Source: Candidatus Berkelbacteria bacterium
GTDB taxonomy: Bacteria > Patescibacteriota > UBA1384 > XYA2-FULL-43-10 > CAINNR01
NCBI GenBank assembly: GCA_037142675.1
Contig: JBAXAF010000006.1
Location: forward strand, 1 to 49,994
Direction of reading: 5' to 3'
DNA: 49,994 bases
Shown: positions 9,925 through 18,971 of the stretch, piece by piece
Layout: the number at the start of each line of letters is the position of its first letter
Numbering within the stretch: position 1 is the stretch's first letter
Made by a program: the position numbers and the translations under genes
Notes under the pieces: model-generated
The model's input: only the letters and a program-made list of their open reading frames with translations
Database searches by the model: none
Told to the model about the DNA's origin: nothing

Positions 9925-10040
9925 ATTCAAATATCAAAATCTCTAGCTTTAGCTGACCCTGTGGGCAAATATCAATTGAAATCTAAATAATTAAAGCTTT
10001 AAGATTTTTAGCTTCATTTGACATTTGAGCTTTAGATTTT
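9921..10040. repeat. AT-rich degenerate inverted-repeat intergenic element
   Basis: A-rich left arm (AAATTCAAATATCAAAAT) and T-rich right arm (CATTTGACATTTGAGCTTTAGATTTT). Confidence 0.45.
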
Positions 10041-10075
10041 TTTTGATATAATATCTCTATGGGAGAGGGAAGTTA

Positions 10076-13000
10076 ATGACGTTTTTACTCTATTTAATTT
10101 ATGCTGTTCTAATAATAGGACCGGTGTATTTTTTATATCTGTGGTGGAAGGTGACTGAAACGAAAAAAAAGGTTGTTTGGTCAGAGAAACAAGAATACGA
10201 CACTTTATTAGTTGAGGTGCCTAAAAATAACGAAAAGGCTCCGCTTTCTGCCGAGCAAATGTTTGCATCAATCCACGGTATTTATACCGACGCAGCTGAC
10301 TTTCAGCCATCTCTCAGTTTTGAAATTGTTTCAATTGATAAGTTTGTTCAGTTCTATCTGCATGTGCCGAAGCATTTGGTTGATTTTGTTGAAGGTCAAA
10401 TTTACGCTCAGTATCCAACAGTGGAAATCAGTCAGGTAGCAGACTACAGCGAAAAAGTTGACTTAGGTGGCAAATTTTCGGCTGGTTGCGAATTGATTTT
10501 GACCAAGGAAGATGTTTTCCCAATTAAGATGTTTTCAGATTTCGAAGTCGACCCGCTTTCTGGTATTACGTCGGTAATGTCTAAAATTCATGCTGGTGAG
10601 GAAATTTGGCTACAGTTTGTTATTCGTCCCGTTGGCGACGAGTGGCAGGAGCGGGGGATTGATTATATCGACCGGGTTAAAAAAGGCCAGGATAAAACTG
10701 TTGGTTTTAAGGATTTTAATAAGACCATCCGAAAAGCCAGCAAAGAATTTAGTAAGAACTTTTTAAAGTTGGTTCTTAACCCGCATGCAGAGCTAGAGGG
10801 GGCAGCAGCCGCATCCGAAGTGAAGCTTTCCGGTCCGGTTGAAGAGGCTCTGAAGAGTATTGAATTTAAAATCGTTAAACTTGGCTTTGAAACTAAAGTT
10901 CGGTTGGTGGCCGTGTCTGACGACCCTACTTCTGCTAGGACTAAAGTTCAAAGTTTAGCCGCCGCTTTTAAGCAATTTAATACCACTAACGGCAATGGTT
11001 TTAGGCACTCAGAAATTGTAATCAATGATGAAAATTTTATACAGAGCTACAGGGGCCGTGAATTTGAGGATAGGGGATACGTTTTAAATATTTCCGAGCT
11101 GGCAGCAGTTTATCATTTGCCGCATCAAACAGTCGAGACTCCTCACATTGTCTGGGCCGGGAGCAAAAAAGGGGAACCGCCATCAAATTTGCCATTATCG
11201 GAAAATGTTGACCCAAAGTCATTAACTGTCCTTGGTGAAACCAATTTTAGAAATGTTTATCGTAAATTTGGTATTAAACTCGAAGATAGGCGAAGACACT
11301 GTTATATCATAGGAAAGTCAGGTACTGGAAAGTCCACACTTATAGAAAACATGGCAATCGATGACGTTGTTGAGGGCCGCGGGGTAGTTGTTGTCGACCC
11401 TCACGGAGACTTGGTGGACAAGGTCTTGGCTTGCGTGCCTGACCATCGGATTGATGATGTTATTGTTTTTGATCCTGCTGATCGATCTTATCCAATTGCT
11501 TTTAACCTACTGGACAAAGTTGAGGATGATTTTAAAGGTATGGTAGCGTCAGGCTTTGTTGGTATTTTTAAGAAAATATTTGGCGAGTCTTGGGGTCCGA
11601 GGCTCGAGCACATACTACGAAATACAGTTTTAGCTTTATTAGATTTTCCTGAATCGACTATGTTAGACATTCCTCGGATGCTTACGGAAAAAAGGTTTCG
11701 CGAAAAGGTCGTTAGTTTTGTTACAGATACGGTTATTAAAGAGTTCTGGATTAACGAATTCGCACAATATGATGCCAAATTCCGGACTGAAGCAGTTTCT
11801 CCAATCTTGAATAAAGTTGGTCAGTTTTTGTCGACCGCGACCATTAGAAATATTGTTGGCCAGCCGCATTCACGAATTAATATTCGCGACATTATGGATA
11901 CGCAAAAAATTCTTCTGATAAATCTTTCTCGTGGTAAAATCGGCGAAGACAACTCAGCGCTCTTGGGTGCAATGATGATTACCAAAATTCAACTTTCGGC
12001 TATGAGCCGTGCGGACGTTACAATCGATAAGCGCCCGGATTGTTATTTGTACGTTGATGAGTTCCAAAACTTCGCCACTGAATCATTTGCAGTTATATTG
12101 TCAGAGGCCAGAAAATATAATTTGAATTTAACAATTGCTAACCAGTATATTACTCAGATGCCGGAAATTGTGCGCGATGCGGTTTTTGGTAACGCTGGAA
12201 CAATTATCGCTTTCCGAGTTGGTGGTGCTGACGCTGACTTTCTGGTTAAGGAATTTGAGCCGATATTTGAAGCAAATGATTTGGTTAACTTGGATAGATA
12301 TCAAATCTATACCAAGTTGCTGATTGATGGCATTACTAAGCCGGCTTTTTCTGCCAGGACCCTGGCACCGGTTGAAAAGCTTTCCGGTAACCGAGATACA
12401 ATTATTGAAACGTCACGAAAAAATTATGCTGCGAATCGCAACGAAGTCGAGGCCATGATTGTTGAAAAATCCCGTGAGCTGGAAGAGGAGCTAAAAGCAG
12501 AGTCAGAAGATTATTTTGCCAATCGATCAAATCCAGCCGCTTCTGTCGACAAGGTTCCAGACAAACAGTTTGAAAGACCTAATCGACCTGTGGCCAGAGA
12601 AGCCGTACCGGAAAAGGTTGTAGCCGTTTCTCAGCCATTGCCTGCATCACCAGTAGCAGCTGCAGCGCCGCCAGTTAGTGCGCCTGTTGACCCAATTAAT
12701 CAAATTACTGAAGAAGCAGCTCAGGAGGTTCCGAAAGAGAGAAAGGCTAGATTTTTGAAATGGCAAAATATAATTGGTGATAAGATTTACAAAGAGCAAA
12801 CTGCTCGCGGTGGCGTAAAGTGGTTTGTTGGACAGAAAATTACACCTCTGATGTTTGTCGAGCAGGGGATTTCGGTTGATGAGGCGGGGAGTCAGATGTT
12901 GAAAACCATGGAAAAAGCCTATGGTGTAAAAATCGAAACCACTGGGGCAACAGTGCCAACCGAAAAAAAGGACGATGATAATAAGTCACCTGCAGGAGGG

Positions 13001-13216
13001 GTGATAGAAGTTACACCGAGGACCGATGATCCGCAACCAAGCAGCCAGCCTGAAGGTAATAATGAAATAACGACGGGCGCAGAACCAAAAGCAACAGCCC
13101 CACCAGAGATTCCCAAGGAGATTCCGGTTGATAGTCCGACTAGTTATCAGCCAGCGCAGGCTACTGCAGTTAAGGATGAAAATCCTCTGCAAGAAGGCGT
13201 AGCGGTTAGTCTCTAG
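10076..13216 (+). CDS. Second VirD4/TraG-like coupling ATPase with long disordered C-terminal tail
   Basis: Walker A IGKSGTGKS, Walker B LYVDEFQNF, 'LSEARKY', N-terminal TM. Paralog of 5603..8149. Confidence 0.9.
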   Translation: MTFLLYLIYAVLIIGPVYFLYLWWKVTETKKKVVWSEKQEYDTLLVEVPKNNEKAPLSAEQMFASIHGIYTDAADFQPSLSFEIVSIDKFVQFYLHVPKHLVDFVEGQIYAQYPTVEISQVADYSEKVDLGGKFSAGCELILTKEDVFPIKMFSDFEVDPLSGITSVMSKIHAGEEIWLQFVIRPVGDEWQERGIDYIDRVKKGQDKTVGFKDFNKTIRKASKEFSKNFLKLVLNPHAELEGAAAASEVKLSGPVEEALKSIEFKIVKLGFETKVRLVAVSDDPTSARTKVQSLAAAFKQFNTTNGNGFRHSEIVINDENFIQSYRGREFEDRGYVLNISELAAVYHLPHQTVETPHIVWAGSKKGEPPSNLPLSENVDPKSLTVLGETNFRNVYRKFGIKLEDRRRHCYIIGKSGTGKSTLIENMAIDDVVEGRGVVVVDPHGDLVDKVLACVPDHRIDDVIVFDPADRSYPIAFNLLDKVEDDFKGMVASGFVGIFKKIFGESWGPRLEHILRNTVLALLDFPESTMLDIPRMLTEKRFREKVVSFVTDTVIKEFWINEFAQYDAKFRTEAVSPILNKVGQFLSTATIRNIVGQPHSRINIRDIMDTQKILLINLSRGKIGEDNSALLGAMMITKIQLSAMSRADVTIDKRPDCYLYVDEFQNFATESFAVILSEARKYNLNLTIANQYITQMPEIVRDAVFGNAGTIIAFRVGGADADFLVKEFEPIFEANDLVNLDRYQIYTKLLIDGITKPAFSARTLAPVEKLSGNRDTIIETSRKNYAANRNEVEAMIVEKSRELEEELKAESEDYFANRSNPAASVDKVPDKQFERPNRPVAREAVPEKVVAVSQPLPASPVAAAAPPVSAPVDPINQITEEAAQEVPKERKARFLKWQNIIGDKIYKEQTARGGVKWFVGQKITPLMFVEQGISVDEAGSQMLKTMEKAYGVKIETTGATVPTEKKDDDNKSPAGGVIEVTPRTDDPQPSSQPEGNNEITTGAEPKATAPPEIPKEIPVDSPTSYQPAQATAVKDENPLQEGVAVSL

Positions 13217-13253
13217 AGATGAGTTTTTAAAAAGTTGAGCACAATTTGTGAGG

Positions 13254-13281
13254 AAAAACGCCAGATAGCTGGCGTTTTTTT
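13254..13281 (+). terminator. Intrinsic terminator (bidirectional form)
   Basis: AAAAACGCCAG-ATAG-CTGGCGTTTTTTT. Confidence 0.85.
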
Positions 13282-13500
13282 AAATATCGATAGGGGACCG
13301 CAAACAATTTGCACTTTTATATTTTGGTTTATTTTTGCTAAAAATCGAAAAAATCAGAACAAGATATTACAAAATTTAACTGTGCAAAAAAAGGTAATAT
13401 TTGATGAGTTTTTTTCGAGATAGTTATTGGCGGTTATAACAAGCATAATTTATCCGTGTATTAGGCTCAAGTTGCATGTCACATTTCCGAATCATAAAGT

Positions 13501-13528
13501 ATGTCGCATAAGATACATTATGCGACAT
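13501..13528. other. dif-like Xer recombination site (symmetric) / replication terminus
   Basis: ATGTCGCATAA-GATACA-TTATGCGACAT, 11-6-11 architecture; left arm resembles the E. coli XerC arm GGTGCGCATAA. Lies at the +/- gene-orientation switch. Confidence 0.8.
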
Positions 13529-13754
13529 ACTACGAATTGGCTACAACTAAGGCCAATTCACGCTTCTTTGACTATGGATCGCGTATCGCCATTTATATCG
13601 TTTCTTCAATATTTTTATAACTGCCTCCAATTGAGCACGTTTTCTCTCTCAAAAAGCCCCAGAATGCCCCAGTTTGATAGTTTATTACTTGGCTGACCAA
13701 TTGGTCGTATGGATAACATTACTGATGTAATTTGCAAGTCCTGGACAGGATAAA

Positions 13755-13913
13755 ATAAAAACTCGACTGAAGACATAGTCTTCAGTCGAGGGTTCGCTGG
13801 AAAGTAACGCGGCATAGGCTTTGGACGGTACGCACAACCTAGGCTCCGGTGCCTTAACGGTTGCGGTTTCACGGTTATTCCGTGCGTTTGTTCCCAGCAC
13901 GACTGTCCAAAAC
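13755..13913 (-). ncRNA. Unassigned structured small RNA (~160 nt)
   Basis: Own promoter at 13920-13948, GC-rich paired body (UUUGGAC/GUCCAAA; ACGCAC/GUGCGU), terminator hairpin plus U-tract. No RBS/ORF inside the predicted transcript. Confidence 0.65.
13756..13790 (-). terminator. Intrinsic terminator of the sRNA
   Basis: CTCGACTGAAGAC-TAT-GTCTTCAGTCGAG-TTTTTA on the - strand. Confidence 0.85.
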
Positions 13914-13919
13914 TCTTAT

Positions 13920-13948
13920 ATTGTATCATACAAATACTAATTTGTCAA
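13920..13948 (-). promoter_or_regulatory. sigma70 promoter of the sRNA
   Basis: TTGACA-17-TACAAT with extended TG. Confidence 0.8.
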
Positions 13949-14175
13949 TAGATTTTTGCACCAAAAAAAATCAGAATATTATTCACTTTATTCTGATGTT
14001 CCCTTGAACCTGTTTGGTTGTTTTATCTAGCAAAAAATAAAAAGTCAGAAAAGAGGATTGCCTACTCCCCTACTGTTGAGCATGAGGTTGGGTTAGGGCT
14101 AGGAACCCAGTTTGGCCAATGGAAGTAGATGCCCGAAGTTGGTTTTTTCTAACTTCTACTTCGAATTTGTCTCTA

Positions 14176-15093
14176 CTAAACTGGCTTCTTGACCTGTTGA
14201 GTAACTTCTAAATGTTTCTGCCAGCTGATTAAAAGCATGGTAGCGATAAAAATCGATGAATAAGTTCCAAAGGTAATACCGGCAATTAATATTAAAACAA
14301 AGTGGCTAATAGATGAGCCGCCTATCAAGAACAATGCCAAGAGAACCATAATCGTTGTTAGCGAGGTGTTAATTGACCTGGAAATTGTTTGCAATATACT
14401 GTCATTTGCCAGTGTTTCAATATCAGCCCCGGGATGGCGCACCATGTTTTCGCGCAGTCGATCGAAAACGACAATGGTATCATGTACAGAAAAACCCATT
14501 ACCGTAAGCAGAGCTGTAATGAACAGGGCATCAACTTGCATGAAGGGATAAAAGTGGCCGACAACGGAAACAAATCCGGTAGTGACAATTAAATCGTGTA
14601 TTAAGGCTGCAACAGCGGTAACCCCAAAACGCCATGAGCTAGCCGGTTTTGGAACTTTTCTGAATGCATAGGACACAAACAGAATTATGGCCAGTGAAGC
14701 TACTACAATGGCCCATATTGCCTTATTGGTGATGTCTCGACTAACTACTGGCCCGATTGTTTGATAGCTTGACTCAGTGATACCAGAGTTGTTTTTCTGC
14801 AGTTCTGAAATTAATTTATTGTGTCCATCGGGTGAAAGATTCCTTGTCCGTAGAATTACTTTATCCAATCCAGAGGTACTGGCAGTATCAACTGTTACGC
14901 CGGCACTTTCACTTTCAGATTTTAGAGTTTCTATTTGACTTGCAATACCAGGTTTCGTCAATTCAATAATTGACCCACCCTTAAAATCAATGCCAAAATT
15001 TAGTTTCCAAATGAAAATTGAAAGAATGCTCAGGATAATTAAAATCGATGAGAATATGTAAAAGTAAGTTCTTTTTTTGACTAAATTAAACAT
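14176..15093 (-). CDS. secF: Protein translocase subunit SecF
   Basis: 'LNFGIDFKGG' and 'GFSVHDTIVVFDRLREN' motifs; 6 TM. Confidence 0.97.
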   Translation of the reverse strand: MFNLVKKRTYFYIFSSILIILSILSIFIWKLNFGIDFKGGSIIELTKPGIASQIETLKSESESAGVTVDTASTSGLDKVILRTRNLSPDGHNKLISELQKNNSGITESSYQTIGPVVSRDITNKAIWAIVVASLAIILFVSYAFRKVPKPASSWRFGVTAVAALIHDLIVTTGFVSVVGHFYPFMQVDALFITALLTVMGFSVHDTIVVFDRLRENMVRHPGADIETLANDSILQTISRSINTSLTTIMVLLALFLIGGSSISHFVLILIAGITFGTYSSIFIATMLLISWQKHLEVTQQVKKPV

Positions 15094-16381
15094 GTAGATA
15101 TTTCCTTAGGTTTGTTTTTGCAAGCAAAAGTAAGAATGTTCGACTGACTGTTACAGCCGTAAAGATTGAAACTAAAACTCCGACTGCGAGGGTTAGCGCA
15201 AACCCTTTAATGATGCCTGTTCCAAATGAAAACAGAATTATACAAGTTATTAGGGTGGAGAAATTAGAGTCGCGAATGCTGTTCCATGCTCTCTTAAAAC
15301 CTTCTTCAATTGCCGTGACTATATCTTTCCCGAGTCGCAACTCTTCTCTTGTCCGCTCAAATATCAAGATGTTTGCGTCTACCGCCATACCAATGGAGAG
15401 AATAAAGCCGGCTATTCCAGCCAGAGTCATGGTGACAGGAATAATTTTGAATAGTGCTAAAGAAATCAGACTATAAATTACCAGCGCCACAACGGCGACG
15501 GCTCCTGGAAATTTGTAATGGATAACCATAAATAACCCAACAAGAATTAGACCGATTATTCCAGCTGTTAAGCTTCGTTTGATTGAATCGGCGCCAAGGG
15601 TTGCACCAACATTCTGTTGGGCAATAACTTTAGCTGGAATTGGAAGCATCCCCTCATTTAGGCGGTCGGAAAGTTTTTTTGCTTCTTTAATGTCTTTTTG
15701 TCCCGTAACTATTGCTTTACCGTCAGCAATTTCTGCTTGAACAGTTGGAGCGGAAACGATTCTGTTGTCTAGCACAATGGCGATCTGTTTGTTTAAATTG
15801 TCTTTTGTCATGGTGGCAAATTTTGATTTGCCGGCGTCATTGAATGTCAATGAAACTACCGGTGCACTGGTACCAGCGCCTGAAGAGCTATTTTGATAAG
15901 TAACATCAGAAGAGATCAAATCCTTGCCTGTTAAATCAGTTGGTTGCCAATACCCGGGGTACGAATAATCGGTTTGATAATAATCTTGTAGTTGTAGCCC
16001 GGCTGTCGCGTCTGCGGCCTGGGTCATAAAGGTTAGTTCATACGTTTGGCCAATGGTTGCAATGGCAACGTTTATATCTTTTATGCCAGGAAGTTGAATT
16101 AAAATCTGATCAGTCCCCTGCTGTTGAATTGTTGGTTCGGCTACGCCAAGTCTGTCGATTCGCTGTCTGAAAACATTGATAAGATTATTTAAGTCCTTGG
16201 ACTTATCGGTCGATTTTGACAGATCAGCAAGGTATGTTAGTTCTGTTCCACCTTGGAGGTCGAGCCCCAGGTGAGTTTTAATGTCTTTGCCAAATAAATT
16301 AGGGCCTTTTGGTACATCAATTAAGACTGCCAAAGCCAGGATTATTATTATCGAACCAAAAATATACCAAATTCTTTTCAT
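15086..16381 (-). CDS. secD: Protein translocase subunit SecD
   Basis: 'LGLDLQGG', 'GVAEPTIQ', 'IGMAVDANILIFER' motifs. Confidence 0.97.
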   Translation of the reverse strand: MKRIWYIFGSIIIILALAVLIDVPKGPNLFGKDIKTHLGLDLQGGTELTYLADLSKSTDKSKDLNNLINVFRQRIDRLGVAEPTIQQQGTDQILIQLPGIKDINVAIATIGQTYELTFMTQAADATAGLQLQDYYQTDYSYPGYWQPTDLTGKDLISSDVTYQNSSSGAGTSAPVVSLTFNDAGKSKFATMTKDNLNKQIAIVLDNRIVSAPTVQAEIADGKAIVTGQKDIKEAKKLSDRLNEGMLPIPAKVIAQQNVGATLGADSIKRSLTAGIIGLILVGLFMVIHYKFPGAVAVVALVIYSLISLALFKIIPVTMTLAGIAGFILSIGMAVDANILIFERTREELRLGKDIVTAIEEGFKRAWNSIRDSNFSTLITCIILFSFGTGIIKGFALTLAVGVLVSIFTAVTVSRTFLLLLAKTNLRKYLHV

Positions 16382-16416
16382 GCTAGTAACTATGTTAGTT
16401 TATCTTTGCGAAGAAG

Positions 16417-17046
16417 TCAATTGATTATTGGGAAAATTAGCAGTTTGTTTTGATTTATTAATTTCGGAAAAACATCTTCTTCTAGCATTGAGAAGCCATC
16501 AGGAATAAAAGAGAAAATATCTGGTTCCAAAACATAAAAACCCTTTAATAGTTTTTGGTCACTACTCGCAACTGATGCTAAGGGTTGATGATTCAAGTGA
16601 AAGTTTATAAGGCTGGAAAGATTGATTGAAATTACTTGGTCCAAATTTACTACTAAAAAAGTTTTCTTGAATTTGTTTCGAAGTTTGTTTAGCGCTCCAG
16701 CGGTTCCATCTCCACTTTCAACATAACTGATTTTTAGTCCAAATCTTTCACCCGCTCCGATGCTTTGTTTAATTTTCTCACCGAGGAAGCCAATGGCAAT
16801 TGTGATGTCGCTGAGCCCGTATTCTTTTAACTGTAGGATCGAATTTTCGATAACTGGTATCAGCCTAATGGCCCCTTTCCCCCCGGCCATTATTACTGCC
16901 GATTCTATTTTTGCAATTCCTAAGGCTTCCGAAAGTAAATGCTCAAATGCGTGCGATCTATTGCGCATTACAGTTCCGTCGACTTTTCGGTCGATTCTTT
17001 CAAGGATTTCTTTTTTAATTGAGATTGTTATTCGCTCTCGTTCCAT
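16417..17046 (-). CDS. Ribbon-helix-helix domain fused to a degenerate sugar-phosphate nucleotidyltransferase domain
   Basis: 'RERITISIKKEILERIDRKVDG...NRSHAFE' is an RHH; 'AVIMAGGKG', 'GERFGLKISYV', 'GTAGAL' are NTase motifs. Start chosen at MERER (17046). Confidence 0.75.
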   Translation of the reverse strand: MERERITISIKKEILERIDRKVDGTVMRNRSHAFEHLLSEALGIAKIESAVIMAGGKGAIRLIPVIENSILQLKEYGLSDITIAIGFLGEKIKQSIGAGERFGLKISYVESGDGTAGALNKLRNKFKKTFLVVNLDQVISINLSSLINFHLNHQPLASVASSDQKLLKGFYVLEPDIFSFIPDGFSMLEEDVFPKLINQNKLLIFPIIN

Positions 17047-17146
17047 AGTGATTATATAAAAAAGTATATGCATTTATAAACCTAGCATATACTCTTTTTC
17101 TCTGTCAAATTAGGGCTAACTGTAGACTCATATATTATATGAGAAA

Positions 17147-18109
17147 TTATGATATTTTACCCAGTATTGCTTGAAAGTCGGTCGGCAGTGTTGAATCGAT
17201 CTGGATTTCCTTGTTGTTAACCGGATGATGGAATACTATTTTGCTAGCATGCAACAGTTGTCGCTTTATCCCAAGTTCGTCCGATATTTTTTTACTTTCT
17301 TTAGAGAAATATGTTTGGTCGCCGATAACCGGCAAGCCGATGCTTTTCATTTGGACTCTAATTTGGTGGGTTCTGCCGGTCGGAATTTCAATTTTCATCA
17401 ACGAAAGTTCAGCTTTGCCATAAATGTATTTTTGAATTTTTGAGTATTTTGTTATTGCTAACTTGCCATTAGCCTCGTCCTGAACCGCCATTTTTTTTCT
17501 ATCAATTTTATCTCTGCCAAGATAAGATTTAATTTCGCCGCTTTTTGCTGCATCACCATAAACCAAGGCGGTATAAGTTTTATTAATATTTTTACTATGC
17601 ATCTGTTTTGAAAGCGATGAAAGCGACTTAGCATTTTTGGCAACAATAATAATTCCCGAGGTATCCTTATCTAGCCTGTGAACTATGCCTGGGCGCACCG
17701 CCGCGTAGGCGGAGTCATCGTTTTTAGAGCTAATGATTTCCGGCGCATAATCCAATAATGCGTTTACCAGTGTGCCAGTTAGGTTCCCGTGTGCCGGATG
17801 GACTACCATGCCCGAAGGCTTGTTAATAACAATAATATTTTCATCTTCAAACAAAACATCGAGTGGAATTTTCTCGCCAATGAGTTCAGCCGGTTTAGAT
17901 AAATTTTCAAAGAAATCAAAATTTATTTCGATAATGTCTTCGTCGCCTATCTTGAGTGAGGCCTTGCTACTTAGACCATTTACCAAAATTTGCCCGTTTT
18001 TGATAGCTTCTTGAATTTGGCTCCGACTGAAATCGACTAATTTTTTTTGCAAGAAAATATCCAATCTCTCCCCTGCTTCATTTTTGCTAACAATAATTTT
18101 TTTGATCAT
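17147..18109 (-). CDS. rluD: RluA/RluD-family 23S rRNA pseudouridine synthase with S4 domain
   Basis: 'NKPSGMVVHP', 'HRLDKDTSG', 'TGRTHQIRV'. Confidence 0.93.
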   Translation of the reverse strand: MIKKIIVSKNEAGERLDIFLQKKLVDFSRSQIQEAIKNGQILVNGLSSKASLKIGDEDIIEINFDFFENLSKPAELIGEKIPLDVLFEDENIIVINKPSGMVVHPAHGNLTGTLVNALLDYAPEIISSKNDDSAYAAVRPGIVHRLDKDTSGIIIVAKNAKSLSSLSKQMHSKNINKTYTALVYGDAAKSGEIKSYLGRDKIDRKKMAVQDEANGKLAITKYSKIQKYIYGKAELSLMKIEIPTGRTHQIRVQMKSIGLPVIGDQTYFSKESKKISDELGIKRQLLHASKIVFHHPVNNKEIQIDSTLPTDFQAILGKIS

Positions 18110-18113
18110 TGAA

Positions 18114-18971
18114 TTATTTTCCTGTTAGTTTTTTGATAAAAGTATTTAGTGTATCAGTCGGGTTAATTCGCAGTCTAGATAAAGCGTATTTATTTTCGGT
18201 GGTGGTGCTAACCCCTGGCTCCGTAGTTGTTGCTGTTAAATATCCTGCTTGCTTAACAGTCTCATCAACGGTTGTATTATGTTGACCCGAAGGGTAGCAA
18301 AAACTATTTATCGTCTTTCCAGTAACCGCTTCGAGCGAACTTTTGCTGCCGGCTAATTCGTTTATTAATTTTATTTGGTTTAGTGTTGTTAGATCTGGAT
18401 GATTGATGGTGTGAGAACCTATTTCCATGTTGCCGTCAGACATTTGCTTAACTTGATCGGCAGTTAGAAAATCTGGCCGGCCTAAAAATCCGCTAATAAT
18501 ATAGAAAACTCCAACTTGGCCGTTTTGTTTCAGTGCCGAGTAAGCGTTGGTAAAGGCATCGCTGTAGCCGTCATCAAAGGTTATAATTACAGGCTTATCC
18601 GCTAGTTTTTTTGTTGGAAATGCAAGAAGGTCGGAGAAAGTAATTGTAGAATAGCCGTTGTCTTTCAAGTATTTTATTTGAGCTATAAAATTCTCTGGTG
18701 ATACTGATAAGTTGGTACCAATTTTATCACTTTGATCATTGTAAACCCGAATATGATGGTACATTAAAATTGGCACTTCTGCTTCGGCCCTAGTGTCGGG
18801 AGCTATAGCAGTTGCGACTGAAGTCTCGGCGGTGACAGGGTTTTCCTGAGTGCTTTGCCGTCGCGCGTCCTTCATCCTTGCCGGAATAAAAATCATCAAA
18901 AATAAAATCACAAGGGCTAAAATTAGTAGTGCGGTTTGATTCTTTCTAAAGAATTTTTTCACTGGTGTCAT
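18114..18971 (-). CDS. Membrane-anchored polysaccharide deacetylase (NodB/CE4, PgaB/IcaB-like)
   Basis: 'PILMYH', 'ITFDDG', 'GSHTINH', 'FCYPSG'. Confidence 0.92.
   Translation of the reverse strand: MTPVKKFFRKNQTALLILALVILFLMIFIPARMKDARRQSTQENPVTAETSVATAIAPDTRAEAEVPILMYHHIRVYNDQSDKIGTNLSVSPENFIAQIKYLKDNGYSTITFSDLLAFPTKKLADKPVIITFDDGYSDAFTNAYSALKQNGQVGVFYIISGFLGRPDFLTADQVKQMSDGNMEIGSHTINHPDLTTLNQIKLINELAGSKSSLEAVTGKTINSFCYPSGQHNTTVDETVKQAGYLTATTTEPGVSTTTENKYALSRLRINPTDTLNTFIKKLTGK

Noticed and set aside
5603-13216. Conjugative element / ICE
   Set aside because: No relaxase, integrase, VirB4 or att repeats seen; composition matches host genes.
13778-13785. Hammerhead core CUGAAGA in the sRNA
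   Set aside because: It lies inside the perfect terminator stem, with no correctly placed GAAA or stem II.
13235-13929. ORFs 13235-13423, 13427-13696, 13615-13929, 13685-13900
   Set aside because: No RBS or protein-like composition; they overlap a terminator, the dif-like site and the sRNA promoter/terminator.
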